Shown: positions 28,751 to 38,523 of the stretch, piece after piece
How the letters are laid out: each line of letters starts with the position of its first letter
How positions within the stretch are numbered: position 1 is the first letter of the stretch
NCBI GenBank assembly: GCA_964448115.1
Contig: CAYUVA010000027.1
Span: forward strand, 1-60,211
Source of the DNA: an uncultured bacterium
GTDB lineage: Bacteria > CAYUVA01
Direction of reading: 5' to 3'
Length of the DNA: 60,211 bases
Notes under the pieces: model-generated
Seen by the model: only the letters and a program-made list of their open reading frames with translations
What the model was told of the DNA's origin: nothing
Databases searched by the model: none
Program-made: the position numbers and the translations under genes

Positions 28751-29905
28751 CTATCCTGACTCCTTGAATGAGACCACCACACCAAAGGTTAGTCGGTTAT
28801 CTATGAACTCGTACTCGACTCCCTGGGTCGAGTCCTTTACCAGATACTTATACTCTGAGGTTATCTTGAGCCATTGCTGGATGCCTATGGAGAGTTTGAG
28901 GTGCAGGTCATAAGCCGTGTCCCTGCGAGATTCGACCTGAAACGCCGGGTAATAGTTCCAATATACCATCAACCCGGCGCTCAGCTTATGTTGCTTATTT
29001 ATTGATTGGATAAGATCAGCTCCGGCGGTAGTTTGAATATAGTAATCAGCATAATCGGATTCGACTATCTTGCGCTTAGATTGCAGGCTCATGCTGAAGC
29101 CATAGGCGGTCGGCATCTTGAACGATAAATCGAAGAAGGTCTCCCGGATCGTGTCTTGATCGTTCTCATACTTGCGTCGGTGAAAGCCGACCAATGCTTT
29201 GCCAGACATGCCGTTAAGGTTCTTGGAGCTTAAGCCAAGGAAGATCTGGTGGTACTCGTTATCCCTGGATTGTACATCCTTATAGTTGAGGTTCACGAAA
29301 TCGTACCACATGAGCAGATAGGTCGATCTGCTGACCTCAAAGTCCGCGTGAGCATAAGCCGAGTTCTCCAAACGATTGAGTAAATCTAGAACCTTTTCAT
29401 CGTACTTGACGAATCCAGAACCTAAGCCTATGTTGAGCTTAAAATCGATCGCATCGCGTGCGAAAAAGACCTTCAATGAGTTCTGTGCCCGTGGATGCAG
29501 ACCGGTCTTCTCTATATCAGCAGGCTGCGATGATTCGAGGTAATTGTCCTGGACCGCGATGTAGTATGGATTCAGCGAGAACCTGATCGTGCCCTTTAGA
29601 TCATCCTCGATATCATCCTGCTTGGGGTGCTGATTGTACTGCTTGAAGATCGCCTTGTAATCGACCTCAAAGAAGGTGCCATTGGTAGAAAGCCTCGCCT
29701 TGATGCCCGGAACCAGCAGAAATAAACTATCCTCTATATTATCCTTGCGGGGCGATAGATAGATGTTATCATCATATTGATAAAAAAAGGCTGCATAAGG
29801 CTCCATTGACAGTGCTCCCGACCTGAAATGCAGCGGTTCAGGCTCGCCAGAGACGGCTTGAAATAATGCCAACACAATAAGCAGAACCAGGCAAATTTGA
29901 GCCAT
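28751..29905 (-). CDS. Outer-membrane beta-barrel protein (BBP2 / polysaccharide-export-associated porin-like)
   Basis: Signal peptide from MAQICLV (29905); YQYDDNIY, LVPGI, alternating amphipathic strands, terminal FIDNRLTFGVVVSF. Confidence 0.7.
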   Translation of the reverse strand: MAQICLVLLIVLALFQAVSGEPEPLHFRSGALSMEPYAAFFYQYDDNIYLSPRKDNIEDSLFLLVPGIKARLSTNGTFFEVDYKAIFKQYNQHPKQDDIEDDLKGTIRFSLNPYYIAVQDNYLESSQPADIEKTGLHPRAQNSLKVFFARDAIDFKLNIGLGSGFVKYDEKVLDLLNRLENSAYAHADFEVSRSTYLLMWYDFVNLNYKDVQSRDNEYHQIFLGLSSKNLNGMSGKALVGFHRRKYENDQDTIRETFFDLSFKMPTAYGFSMSLQSKRKIVESDYADYYIQTTAGADLIQSINKQHKLSAGLMVYWNYYPAFQVESRRDTAYDLHLKLSIGIQQWLKITSEYKYLVKDSTQGVEYEFIDNRLTFGVVVSFKESG

Positions 29906-30069
29906 AGGGACCTTATTATGGCTAGATCGATAACCTGAACAGAACATATTCATAAAAACGAGTTCACAGATTTTATTTCGAGGGCAATTATATACAGATA
30001 CCCACTTGGTGTCCAATCGCAGTTGAAGATCAGCAATGGGATCGAATTATCCTGATAGAGTAGGGGGAA

Positions 30070-31125
30070 TCAAATTCGGCTGAGCACCTCAGTCTCGAAG
30101 CGATGGCAGAAATGCTCCAATGTGAGTCGCTTCGCTGTCTCCAGCCCCCCTTGAATCAGCTTCTGTTCCAGTTCTTTATCATCGAGGATGTTCTGTATGG
30201 CGCTGCAAATGGCTCTAGCATCATCCTTCACCAAGAGGAGGTTGTTAAAGTGGTGGGCATACTCCCTTGAGCCGGGATTATCGACCATCACGCAAGGCAC
30301 TCCGCAAGCCATCGCCTCCAGCGGAGGCAGCCCGAACCCTTCGCTGACCGATGCAGAGACAAATAGATGCAGCGAGTTGTAAAACCTGACCAGCTCATCA
30401 TCGCTTATCGGCATGAATAGCTGGTGAGGTAGGGGAATATCGATGTTGAGCCTTTCGAAGCTAGCTATCTTGAGGTTTATTTTTTTTCTCACCGTATCAA
30501 GCAATCGGCAGGCATCGACCACGGTTTTAGTGCCCTTGTATGATGCCTGGCGACCGATGGTGCCTATGGTGATTACACCCTTTGGCTTTAGCATAGACAA
30601 CGGCTTGAACACCGATAGATCGACCCCCGGATTGATGATGGTGGATTTTTCTCTATGGCTTGGCGGCATCAGGTCCTTGAGCCATTTGCTGACGCATACC
30701 TTGCGCGCTGGGAGATGATACGAGAATCTCGCCAGGTTCGATGAAATCGTGCGCCTCAGCCAGGATCTCTGCGAGAACCTTCCAAAGATATAAGGCTCAT
30801 AATGCTGCACAAGATAGACGATATCCTGGCATCGGCGCATCAGCCTGGCTGCAAGCGCGATGTAGGCGGTCTGGTACATGGTGGCGATGACCAGGCTTCC
30901 TTTGGGTATGGCATTGACCAGCGCCAGCGTCTGGGAGGTCTTGGTCGCCGCCTTGACCTCGACAATTGATACTGCCTCATCTATGGGGAAATAGCAGCGA
31001 TTAGCGCCGACAGGGATGATCAGGCTTAGATTATATCCTTGTCTTGCCAGGTGATTTGCCAGTGCGACGATGATCCTGGAGCCGCCGGTGTTCTCCAGCG
31101 AATATAGCGGGAATGCGATCTTCAT
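30070..31125 (-). CDS. Glycosyltransferase family 4
   Basis: TGGSRII, YLVQHYE, NPGVD, EGFGLPPLEAMACG. Likely start MKIAFP at 31125. Confidence 0.92.
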   Translation of the reverse strand: MKIAFPLYSLENTGGSRIIVALANHLARQGYNLSLIIPVGANRCYFPIDEAVSIVEVKAATKTSQTLALVNAIPKGSLVIATMYQTAYIALAARLMRRCQDIVYLVQHYEPYIFGRFSQRSWLRRTISSNLARFSYHLPARKVCVSKWLKDLMPPSHREKSTIINPGVDLSVFKPLSMLKPKGVITIGTIGRQASYKGTKTVVDACRLLDTVRKKINLKIASFERLNIDIPLPHQLFMPISDDELVRFYNSLHLFVSASVSEGFGLPPLEAMACGVPCVMVDNPGSREYAHHFNNLLLVKDDARAICSAIQNILDDKELEQKLIQGGLETAKRLTLEHFCHRFETEVLSRI

Positions 31126-31162
31126 TGAGATAATTTTAACTATATTAAAGAGCAATGCAAAA

Positions 31163-32353
31163 TCAGCTGCTTTGGCTGTTTGCTCTAGCCCTTCGATACA
31201 AGATGAATGCCAGTATAGCTGCCGGCGCCATAACTAGCGAAAGCATAAGGTAAGATGCGCTGACTCCGAGCAGGTCGCTTACCTTGCCGGAGATGGCGGA
31301 TGCGAACGAACCCATGCCGAATGCCAGCGCTGAGGCTATGCCGTAGGTTGCGCCGTGATACCTGCTCGAGGCATACTTTGCGACCAGAAGGTTCTGAAGT
31401 GGCTGCGAGGAAAATAGGAACATGCCGAAGATGAAGCTAAGGACAAGCAGCGGCACACCACCAAGAAGCCCAAGAAGCAGTAGCAACAGAGCCTGGCAGG
31501 CATAGATGGCGACATAGCCGACCTCGACCACCCTTAGCCTGGAGCCCAATGTACCGCCGATATACTGCCCCAGCATCCCCATGCCGACCGCCAGCGAAAC
31601 TAAAGTGCCCACCAATGATATCCTGCCTGCTAGAAAGCCTATGCGCTGCTCGAAGAGAACCGGCAAGAATGTCATCGCCCCACGATAAGCCAAGCCATAA
31701 AAAACAAGGTTAACAAATACAATCAGAAGCATCCAGTTGATAAGCCCCCCATGCCGCCCATTATTGGATACCTCACTTGTGCTTTGCATCTTGACCTTAA
31801 GCTCCTCCTCGACCTTGAGTATAATTATTGCAGCAGCTATCACCATGCCCAGCACCCCGAAGAATAAATAAGCCCCTCGCCAGCCAAAGGCGTAGATCAG
31901 CCATCCGCCTAAAAGCGGACCCGACATCTCCCCGAGCGAGCCGGCAACGCCATGCCATCCGAGAAGCCTACCTCGCTCCACAGCCCCCTTGGAGATAAGC
32001 GATAGACCAGATGGATGGTAAGCAGAGGAGAAAAGCCCGATGAAACCGAGACTTATGGCTAGAGTATAAATATTATCGGTCAAGGTTACTACTAGGCTGA
32101 AGGTGGCGATGCCGAGCACCCCCGTTGCCAGCATGCGCTTGGAACCGAGCCTATCAGCAAGAATACCGGCTGGAATGCCAACAAAGCCATACAAGGCATA
32201 AGAGACCGTGCCCAGTAAGCCAACAACTGCATAGCTTAGCGAGAACTCGCCCTTGATCGAGGGAATGATTATCGGGTAAAGCAGCAACACCGCATGGGTA
32301 TAGGAATGACAAAGAGAGACGATAGCCAGTATTCTTCGGTCGTTAGCGATCAT
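31163..32353 (-). CDS. MFS transporter
   Basis: About 12 TMs; motif A GILADRLGSKR; AYHPSG. Confidence 0.9.
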   Translation of the reverse strand: MIANDRRILAIVSLCHSYTHAVLLLYPIIIPSIKGEFSLSYAVVGLLGTVSYALYGFVGIPAGILADRLGSKRMLATGVLGIATFSLVVTLTDNIYTLAISLGFIGLFSSAYHPSGLSLISKGAVERGRLLGWHGVAGSLGEMSGPLLGGWLIYAFGWRGAYLFFGVLGMVIAAAIIILKVEEELKVKMQSTSEVSNNGRHGGLINWMLLIVFVNLVFYGLAYRGAMTFLPVLFEQRIGFLAGRISLVGTLVSLAVGMGMLGQYIGGTLGSRLRVVEVGYVAIYACQALLLLLLGLLGGVPLLVLSFIFGMFLFSSQPLQNLLVAKYASSRYHGATYGIASALAFGMGSFASAISGKVSDLLGVSASYLMLSLVMAPAAILAFILYRRARANSQSS

Positions 32354-32510
32354 GGCATATTCGATACCTAAGCCGATATGTTAGTATCCTGAAACAAGAT
32401 GAAATACAAGCATAAGAAGATCACGCAAATACGCAAAGAACGCAAAGGAAGAAATCTTTTCTTATTTAGTGCCTTTGTGCCTTAGTGGTTAAACAGCTTG
32501 CAGGCAACTT

Positions 32511-32550
32511 GGTATCACAGTCCCACCTTATCACCTATCACTTATCACTT
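32511..32550. repeat. Heptamer-based intergenic repeat (TATCAC family), copy 1
   Basis: GGTATCACAGTCCCACCTTATCACCTATCACTTATCACTT; near-identical to the copy starting at 56644, with a related inverted copy near 60140. Confidence 0.7.
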
Positions 32551-32628
32551 CCCTTTGTGGTTCAATAACTTTTCCAGCCGATGTATCATTTGACTAAAAT
32601 CACATCAAGGAATAATAATCCTCGTGTT

Positions 32629-33576
32629 ATGAGATCAAACTATAAATACCTTTTCGGTCCCGTGTCATCGCGGAGGCTGGGGCGCAGTCTCGGCGTAGAT
32701 ATAACCCCATTCAAGACCTGTAGCTACAACTGCATCTACTGCCAGTTGGGTCCTACTCCACGTCCAAGCATGGAATTCGGCTCCCTTGTCGATAAACAGG
32801 GGGTGATCGCTGAACTTGCCAACTGGATCGAGCAATCGGGGGATGCAGACTATATTACCTTCTCTGGCTCCGGCGAGCCAACCCTTAACATCGACCTTGG
32901 CGAAATCATAAACGCCATTAAGGAAATGAGCGACATCCCGGTGGCGGTGCTGACCAATGGCTCCACCCTTTGGCTTGCTGAAGTGCGCCAGCGGTTGATG
33001 CTCGCTGACCTGGTGATACCAAACCTCGATGCCGGGGAGGAGGAGACCTTCTTGCGCATCAATCGCCCGGCAGCAGAGGTAAACTTCGATAAAATGGTCC
33101 AGGGGCTGATCGACTTCAGCAGCGAATTCTCCAACCAGGTCTGGCTTGAAATATTCATTATCAAGGGGATAAACGACTCCCTGGAATCCATCAAGAGCAT
33201 CTCCAGCATAGTGGACCGGATAAAGCCGTATAAGGTGCAGCTCAACTCAATCCATCGCCCGCCGGCTGTAAGGGAGATCAAGGGGCTTACCAGGGATGAG
33301 CTGTGCTCCTTATGCAGCCAGTTCAATGTTTTATGCCAGGTTATCGCATATAACTCGCAAAGTAAGCCAAAGATAGAACAACAGGCTATGCCAGACAGGG
33401 AGAGGATCATCTCCATGCTCAAGCGCCGACCGGGGAGTTTACAGGACTTGGTTCACGGGCTTGAGCTAGGAAAGGAGCATGCTGAGGCGATAATCGATGA
33501 TCTTGTCGAGCAGGGGATCATTGAAACAGAGCTGGTAGAGGGGAGATTACACATCAAGCTGAAAATCGAGTCATAG
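32629..33576 (+). CDS. Radical SAM protein (COG0731-like Fe-S oxidoreductase) with C-terminal wHTH-like tail
   Basis: FGPVSSRRLGRSLGVD, CSYNCIYC, ITFSGSGEPTL, VLTNG. Likely start MRSNY at 32629. Confidence 0.88.
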   Translation: MRSNYKYLFGPVSSRRLGRSLGVDITPFKTCSYNCIYCQLGPTPRPSMEFGSLVDKQGVIAELANWIEQSGDADYITFSGSGEPTLNIDLGEIINAIKEMSDIPVAVLTNGSTLWLAEVRQRLMLADLVIPNLDAGEEETFLRINRPAAEVNFDKMVQGLIDFSSEFSNQVWLEIFIIKGINDSLESIKSISSIVDRIKPYKVQLNSIHRPPAVREIKGLTRDELCSLCSQFNVLCQVIAYNSQSKPKIEQQAMPDRERIISMLKRRPGSLQDLVHGLELGKEHAEAIIDDLVEQGIIETELVEGRLHIKLKIES

Positions 33577-33588
33577 GGGATAAATGGC

Positions 33589-34224
33589 TTGGCAGATGTA
33601 ATAAGGGTCGGTTTTATTGGTTGTGGAAGGATAGCGGATCTGCAGGCACCAGGCTATCTCAATGACCCCAGGACAGAGATCTACGCGGTCTGCGACTCAT
33701 ATTCCAATATACTTGAAAAAAGAAGATCAGAATGGGGGGCGAGGGTTGCTTACCGCGACTATCGCGCTTTACTCGATGATAAGAACATTGATACCGTGGA
33801 GATCATCACCCCGCATCATCTGCATCGCACAATGGTGAAGGATGCAGCGGCAGCCGGCAAGCATATCTCGGTGCAGAAGCCGATGGGGCTTAGCGCCAAG
33901 GAATGCGATGAAATGATACAAGCAGCCGCCGATGCCAAGGTCAAGCTCAAGGTCTTCGAGAACTTCGTTTTTTATCCACCATATCGCAAGGCAAAGGAGC
34001 TGCTCGATGCTGGCGAGATCGGCAGACCACTGTCCATAAGGCTCAAGCTCGGCGGGGGATACGGCGGGTGGCGGGTGCCTCTTACCGCCTGGGTTTGGAG
34101 GCTCTGCGAGATTGACTGTCTTTTGTATGATAAGGAGCCGATTCTTACCGGTGATCAAGGAAAAAAAGTTGTTCAATTCAGCCTGGCTGCCATACAATAT
34201 CAGCACAGATGCACCAGCCAATGA
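33589..34224 (+). pseudogene. Gfo/Idh/MocA oxidoreductase with apparent internal in-frame deletion
   Basis: Intact Rossmann half (VGFIGCGRIA, TPHHLH, VQKPMG, GEIG) joined at about 34110 directly to the family's terminal helix (IDCLLYDKEPILTGDQG); 211 aa versus typically >320. Confidence 0.65.
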
Positions 34225-34253
34225 AGCCTGATGATGTTAGCTGACCTGAAAGC

Positions 34254-35444
34254 CTAAAGGGTTATGATACGTTCGTCCTGGGGATCGTTAATAAAGATCA
34301 ATGTGCTGCTGCCGATGTCGATGGTGTCGTTGTTCTCCAACTGCTGCCAGGTCGCCTTTTTATCGTTCACCCTGACACCGCTTATGCTGCCTAGATCCTT
34401 AATGAAGTAAAGGTTATTCACCCTTTTTATCAGGCAGTGCTCCTCGGTTACCTCGCTGTCCAGCTCCAGGTTGATCAGGTTTTTTATCCCATTGCCGATG
34501 GAGGTGTTCTCCCTGCCCAGGCTGTAATACTGCCCGCGATGGGGACCGCCGACCACGAAAAGAATCGGTAGCACGACGATTCGGCCCGAATCGGTCTTGG
34601 CGGTGATCAACTTCGAGTGCGTATCGGATGGCTTCTTCACCGATTTTTGAAGCCGGACCGGGGTATCGTTTCTGGTTATCTTGTCATTATCTTTTTTTGC
34701 TGCCTGTTCGAGCTTCTTGATATTGAGCTTGCGCAGCTTGATATCTGCAATAGGCGGTTTCTTCGGTGGTTCTTGCCGTTTTGGAGGCACCTGCGGGGGT
34801 TCATCTCCGAGCGTTCGCTCCAGTGCCTCTGAGATGTATTTGATCTGCTCGCTGATGTCCTGGAAACGCCTTTTCTCTGTTTCCCCGAGCAAGGTTGTAT
34901 CTTTTTTCTTGTCTGGCTTTGCACCATCAGAGACCTGGGATGGTTCAGGTTCAGCATCCATATCGATCCAAGGCTCTTCCTCCTCTTGGTTATCGAACGC
35001 GCTAACCGATTCGAGATCCTGGAATTCGATAGCCGACTGGATCTGTTCCTTGAGCTGTTTCAGCTCTCCAAGCTGTGCTTCGATCCCGGTCATTTTCTCC
35101 TTATACTGCTGTTTTATCTTCTGGAAGCGCTTGTCATCGAGATCACCGATGTGGTGTTTAAGTAATGCCTCCTCGTAGCTATCCCTTGCCTCATGCTCCC
35201 TTCTCTCCAGCTCATAAAGGAGCTCGAAGTCCTGCTTGTGCTCTTGCTTGAGCCTGGTTATGGATTGAAGGATCTTTTCCCTGAGTTTATGGATATTGCC
35301 CTTGTACTCTGCTAGCACGCGTTTGTAAACTTGTTCGCTGACCAGTTTTCGTGCTGAAATGAGGCGTCTATAGCTGCTAAGCAGCTTTTCTTCTTCCTTT
35401 TTTAGCTTGTATATCTCTTCGAGGTTTTCTTGTTTGATGTTCAT
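34254..35444 (-). CDS. Coiled-coil protein with C-terminal degenerate FHA domain
   Basis: N-terminal coiled coil; LFVVGGPHRGQYYSL...SIGNG...VTEEHCLI...IKDLGSISGVRVN...LENNDTIDIG follows the FHA fold pattern. Likely ATG at 35444 (TGATG coupling to purA). Confidence 0.75.
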   Translation of the reverse strand: MNIKQENLEEIYKLKKEEEKLLSSYRRLISARKLVSEQVYKRVLAEYKGNIHKLREKILQSITRLKQEHKQDFELLYELERREHEARDSYEEALLKHHIGDLDDKRFQKIKQQYKEKMTGIEAQLGELKQLKEQIQSAIEFQDLESVSAFDNQEEEEPWIDMDAEPEPSQVSDGAKPDKKKDTTLLGETEKRRFQDISEQIKYISEALERTLGDEPPQVPPKRQEPPKKPPIADIKLRKLNIKKLEQAAKKDNDKITRNDTPVRLQKSVKKPSDTHSKLITAKTDSGRIVVLPILFVVGGPHRGQYYSLGRENTSIGNGIKNLINLELDSEVTEEHCLIKRVNNLYFIKDLGSISGVRVNDKKATWQQLENNDTIDIGSSTLIFINDPQDERIITL

Positions 35445-36745
35445 CAGCTCCAAAGGTCGATATTGAGGTCTTCTCTTTTAATTACTTGGTCCTGCTTGGG
35501 TCCATTGGAGACCATAGCGATCCTAACGCCGAGAGAATCTTCGATGAATTCGAGGTAGCTTTTAACCTTACCGGGCAATTGACTCCAGGTTCGGACATGC
35601 TTAATGCTTTTCTTCCAGCCATCGAATTCATGGTAGATGCCCTGGCAGCGACTCAGTTTATCCAGGCTGGCAGGGAACTGTTCGACCTGCTCGTTATCGC
35701 ACTGGTATCTCTCGCAGACCTTGATACGGTCTATGACATCGAGAACATCGAGCTTGGTTACAATGATATAATCAAAGGCATTCAGCCTATCTGCATAGCG
35801 CAAGCCGACCAGGTCGAGCCACCCGCACCTTCTCGGTCTGCCAGTTGTGGAACCGTACTCAGCGCCGGTATCCCTGAGCAGTTCCGCATGGTAGGGATCA
35901 GCCTCAGTCGGGAATGGTCCCCCCCCGACCCTGGTTACATAAGCCTTAACTATGCCGATGATCTTTGTGATCTTATTGGGCGGTATTCCCAAGCCGGTGG
36001 CAGCGCCGCCGATGGTTGAATTTGATGATGTAACAAAGGGGAAGGTGCCATGATCCACATCGAGTAGGGTACCCTGGGCGCCCTCGAGTAGAACCCGCTT
36101 GCCAGCATCGATCTCTTGATTGATATAAAGCGAGGTGTCGCATACGAACTGTTCGATCTGATCACCTTTGTTTCTTAGCTCATCATATAGATCATCGAGC
36201 AGGGTAGCCTCATTTATAGCAGCGGTGCCAAGGGTATGAGACAATGAATCATACAGTGCGGCAAGGCGTCCCTTTAGCTGTTCGCTGTTATACAGGTCAG
36301 CGATCCTCAAGCCGGTGCGAGCCATCTTTAGGTAGTATGCGGGACCGATGCCCCTCAGCGTTGTCCCGATGCGATTGTCGCCGAGCATATTCTCGGTTAC
36401 CTGCTCCAGGGCGCGGTAAATGGGAAGTATGATATGCGCCCGGTCGCTGATCCGCAGTCGATCATCGAACTTGATCCCCTTTTGTTTCAGTGCATTTATC
36501 TCATCGAGCAAAGCCTTAAGGTCGATGACCATTCCATTGCCCAGCACGCAGATCTTGTCTTCGCTTAAGATTCCTGCTGGCACCAGGTGGAAGATTATCT
36601 TGGTTTCACCCTTATATACCGTGTGTCCGGCATTGTGTCCGCCCTGGAAGCGGGCGATGATATCAGCCTGGTCTGCCAGCAGATCGACTATCTTTGCCTT
36701 GCCCTCGTCTCCCCATTGCGCACCGATTATTGCGACAACCGCCAT
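35444..36745 (-). CDS. purA: Adenylosuccinate synthetase
   Basis: GAQWGDEGKAK, RFQGGHNAGHT, IGTTLRGIGPAY, EGAQG, GTFPFVTSS, TTGRPRRCGW, TKLDVLD. Confidence 0.97.
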   Translation of the reverse strand: MAVVAIIGAQWGDEGKAKIVDLLADQADIIARFQGGHNAGHTVYKGETKIIFHLVPAGILSEDKICVLGNGMVIDLKALLDEINALKQKGIKFDDRLRISDRAHIILPIYRALEQVTENMLGDNRIGTTLRGIGPAYYLKMARTGLRIADLYNSEQLKGRLAALYDSLSHTLGTAAINEATLLDDLYDELRNKGDQIEQFVCDTSLYINQEIDAGKRVLLEGAQGTLLDVDHGTFPFVTSSNSTIGGAATGLGIPPNKITKIIGIVKAYVTRVGGGPFPTEADPYHAELLRDTGAEYGSTTGRPRRCGWLDLVGLRYADRLNAFDYIIVTKLDVLDVIDRIKVCERYQCDNEQVEQFPASLDKLSRCQGIYHEFDGWKKSIKHVRTWSQLPGKVKSYLEFIEDSLGVRIAMVSNGPKQDQVIKREDLNIDLWS

Positions 36746-36768
36746 TTAGTTTCTCCTTACATTGGAAG

Positions 36769-36793
36769 TTGCACCCAAAAGGGTGCTCCTACA
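36769..36793 (-). repeat. GTAG-type REP-like hairpin
   Basis: Minus strand TGTAGGA-GCACCC-TTTT-GGGTGC-AA between serA and purA. Confidence 0.55.
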
Positions 36794-36861
36794 TTCTTTG
36801 TGCCTTTATGTCCCTTCACCTTGGCTCAGTGCAGGCTTTAGTGGAAAAAAATCCTCAAGAC

Positions 36862-37821
36862 TCAAGCCGGCTGGTTGACTGGGTTTATCACCTCGCCGTG
36901 CAGCAGGGCAGCGATCATATTGTGTGCAGCCTCTTCGGCGACCTTGTCCTGTGCTTCCTTAGCCTGTGCGCCGATGTGAGGGGAGCATATTACATTAGGG
37001 TGCGCGACCAACTTCTTTTCCCACTCATCAGCAGGCGGTTCGGTTATGAAAACATCTAGCGCTGCCCCGGCGACCTTGCCGCTCTCTAATGCTGCCAAGA
37101 GATCCTGGGGGATGATAAGCTCTCCGCGGGCGCAGTTTACAATGTAAACGCCGTTTTTCATCTTATCGAAGGCGTCCTTGTTCAGCATACCCCTTGAAGT
37201 CTCGGTGATTACGGCGTGCAGGGTGATGAAATCGCTCTGGTATAGAAGGGTGTCTAGCTCCACGCTCTTTATCCCCGCCTCGGCTACCAGCTCCGGGTCA
37301 GCGTAAGGATCGAAGCCGATGACCTTCATGCCCAGTGCGAGGCATTTTTGTCCGACCAGCCTCCCTATCCTGCCCAAGCCGATGATCCCCAGGGTCTTGT
37401 CAGCCAGCTCAACGCCCTTTAACATCTTCTTCTCCCATCTCCCCTCTTTCATGGACTGGGTTGCAAATGGGATATTTCGTGCTATCGCAAACATCATGCC
37501 GATAGCAAGCTCTGCAGTGGAGTTTGCGTTCCCGGCTGGCGTATTCATCACCTGGATACCGAGTTTAGAGGATGCCTGTAGGTCGATATTGTCAACGCCG
37601 ATGCCAGCGCGTATGATATACTTGAGGTTCTTGGCTGCCTGAAGCACATCCTCTCTAACCTTGGTGGCGGATCTTACGATCAGCCCCTGGTAGTCCCCGA
37701 TTATGCTTGTAAGCTCCTCTTTGGACAATCCGGGCTTATAATCGACCTCGATGCCTTCTTGTTTCTCAAGTATCCCAATGCCGAGATCGGATAGCTTGTC
37801 AGATATGAGCACCTTTTTCAT
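36862..37821 (-). CDS. serA: D-3-phosphoglycerate dehydrogenase (short form, no ASB/ACT domains)
   Basis: LIVRSATKV, RAGIGVDNID, NTPAGN, GIIGLGRIG, VNCARG, AALDVF, SPHIGAQ; 319 aa. Confidence 0.85.
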   Translation of the reverse strand: MKKVLISDKLSDLGIGILEKQEGIEVDYKPGLSKEELTSIIGDYQGLIVRSATKVREDVLQAAKNLKYIIRAGIGVDNIDLQASSKLGIQVMNTPAGNANSTAELAIGMMFAIARNIPFATQSMKEGRWEKKMLKGVELADKTLGIIGLGRIGRLVGQKCLALGMKVIGFDPYADPELVAEAGIKSVELDTLLYQSDFITLHAVITETSRGMLNKDAFDKMKNGVYIVNCARGELIIPQDLLAALESGKVAGAALDVFITEPPADEWEKKLVAHPNVICSPHIGAQAKEAQDKVAEEAAHNMIAALLHGEVINPVNQPA

Positions 37822-38097
37822 CTTCGACTCCCTTAGGTTTTATGCAAATTAATCTTATAGTCTCGATTTGGGCATGCATAGCAGCGAGCAGTTCCCCTGG
37901 CAGCTATGCGATACAGACGATTATGCCCCTTTGGTGCGACCTTATTTACATTTTTATTATATGCGTTAGCTATCACCTGTCAACATGTCTCAACCGATCT
38001 AATTTGACTATACACCAAATTGGTATTTTGTGATATGAATGATCGCTGGTATCTGGACCGATCCGTTGTTACTGAACTATTCGATGGGAGGCTGTAG

Positions 38098-38523
38098 GTG
38101 ATGAGACTAACGGAAGTGGAGACCAGGTGGGCGCTGTCGTTGATTGAGGCGGTTTTTCCCCAACAGCCAAGTGATAAGGGTGATCATATAGACCATTCCA
38201 AGGAGCTTCGTGCATTCCTGCAGGATATCTTCGCTAATGGACCTATAACCTTCACCCTGTTAGCCAGGGTTGTGTTTATCTTGTTGCAGCTAATGCCTTT
38301 GTTCATTATCGGGCGCCTTAAGCTCTTTATCAACCTGAGCGCTGATGACAAGGACAGGTTCCTCATGGCTCTGTATAACAGTCGCTGGTACCTGCTCAGG
38401 CAACTAGGGTTGCTGGTCAAGCTGATCGGGGGCTTGGGATACCTTGGTATTGACCATGTCAGGGAGCGTTTCTGCCCGCTTAATCCCGAATTCGGCTTGA
38501 AGAAGGGGGGTAATCGGGCATGA
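38098..38523 (+). CDS. Small helical partner protein of GMC oxidoreductase (gluconate dehydrogenase subunit-3-like)
   Basis: ATGA overlap with the GMC gene; FINLSADDKDRFL...LLRQLGLLVKL pattern seen in such partners. Confidence 0.55.
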   Translation: MMRLTEVETRWALSLIEAVFPQQPSDKGDHIDHSKELRAFLQDIFANGPITFTLLARVVFILLQLMPLFIIGRLKLFINLSADDKDRFLMALYNSRWYLLRQLGLLVKLIGGLGYLGIDHVRERFCPLNPEFGLKKGGNRA

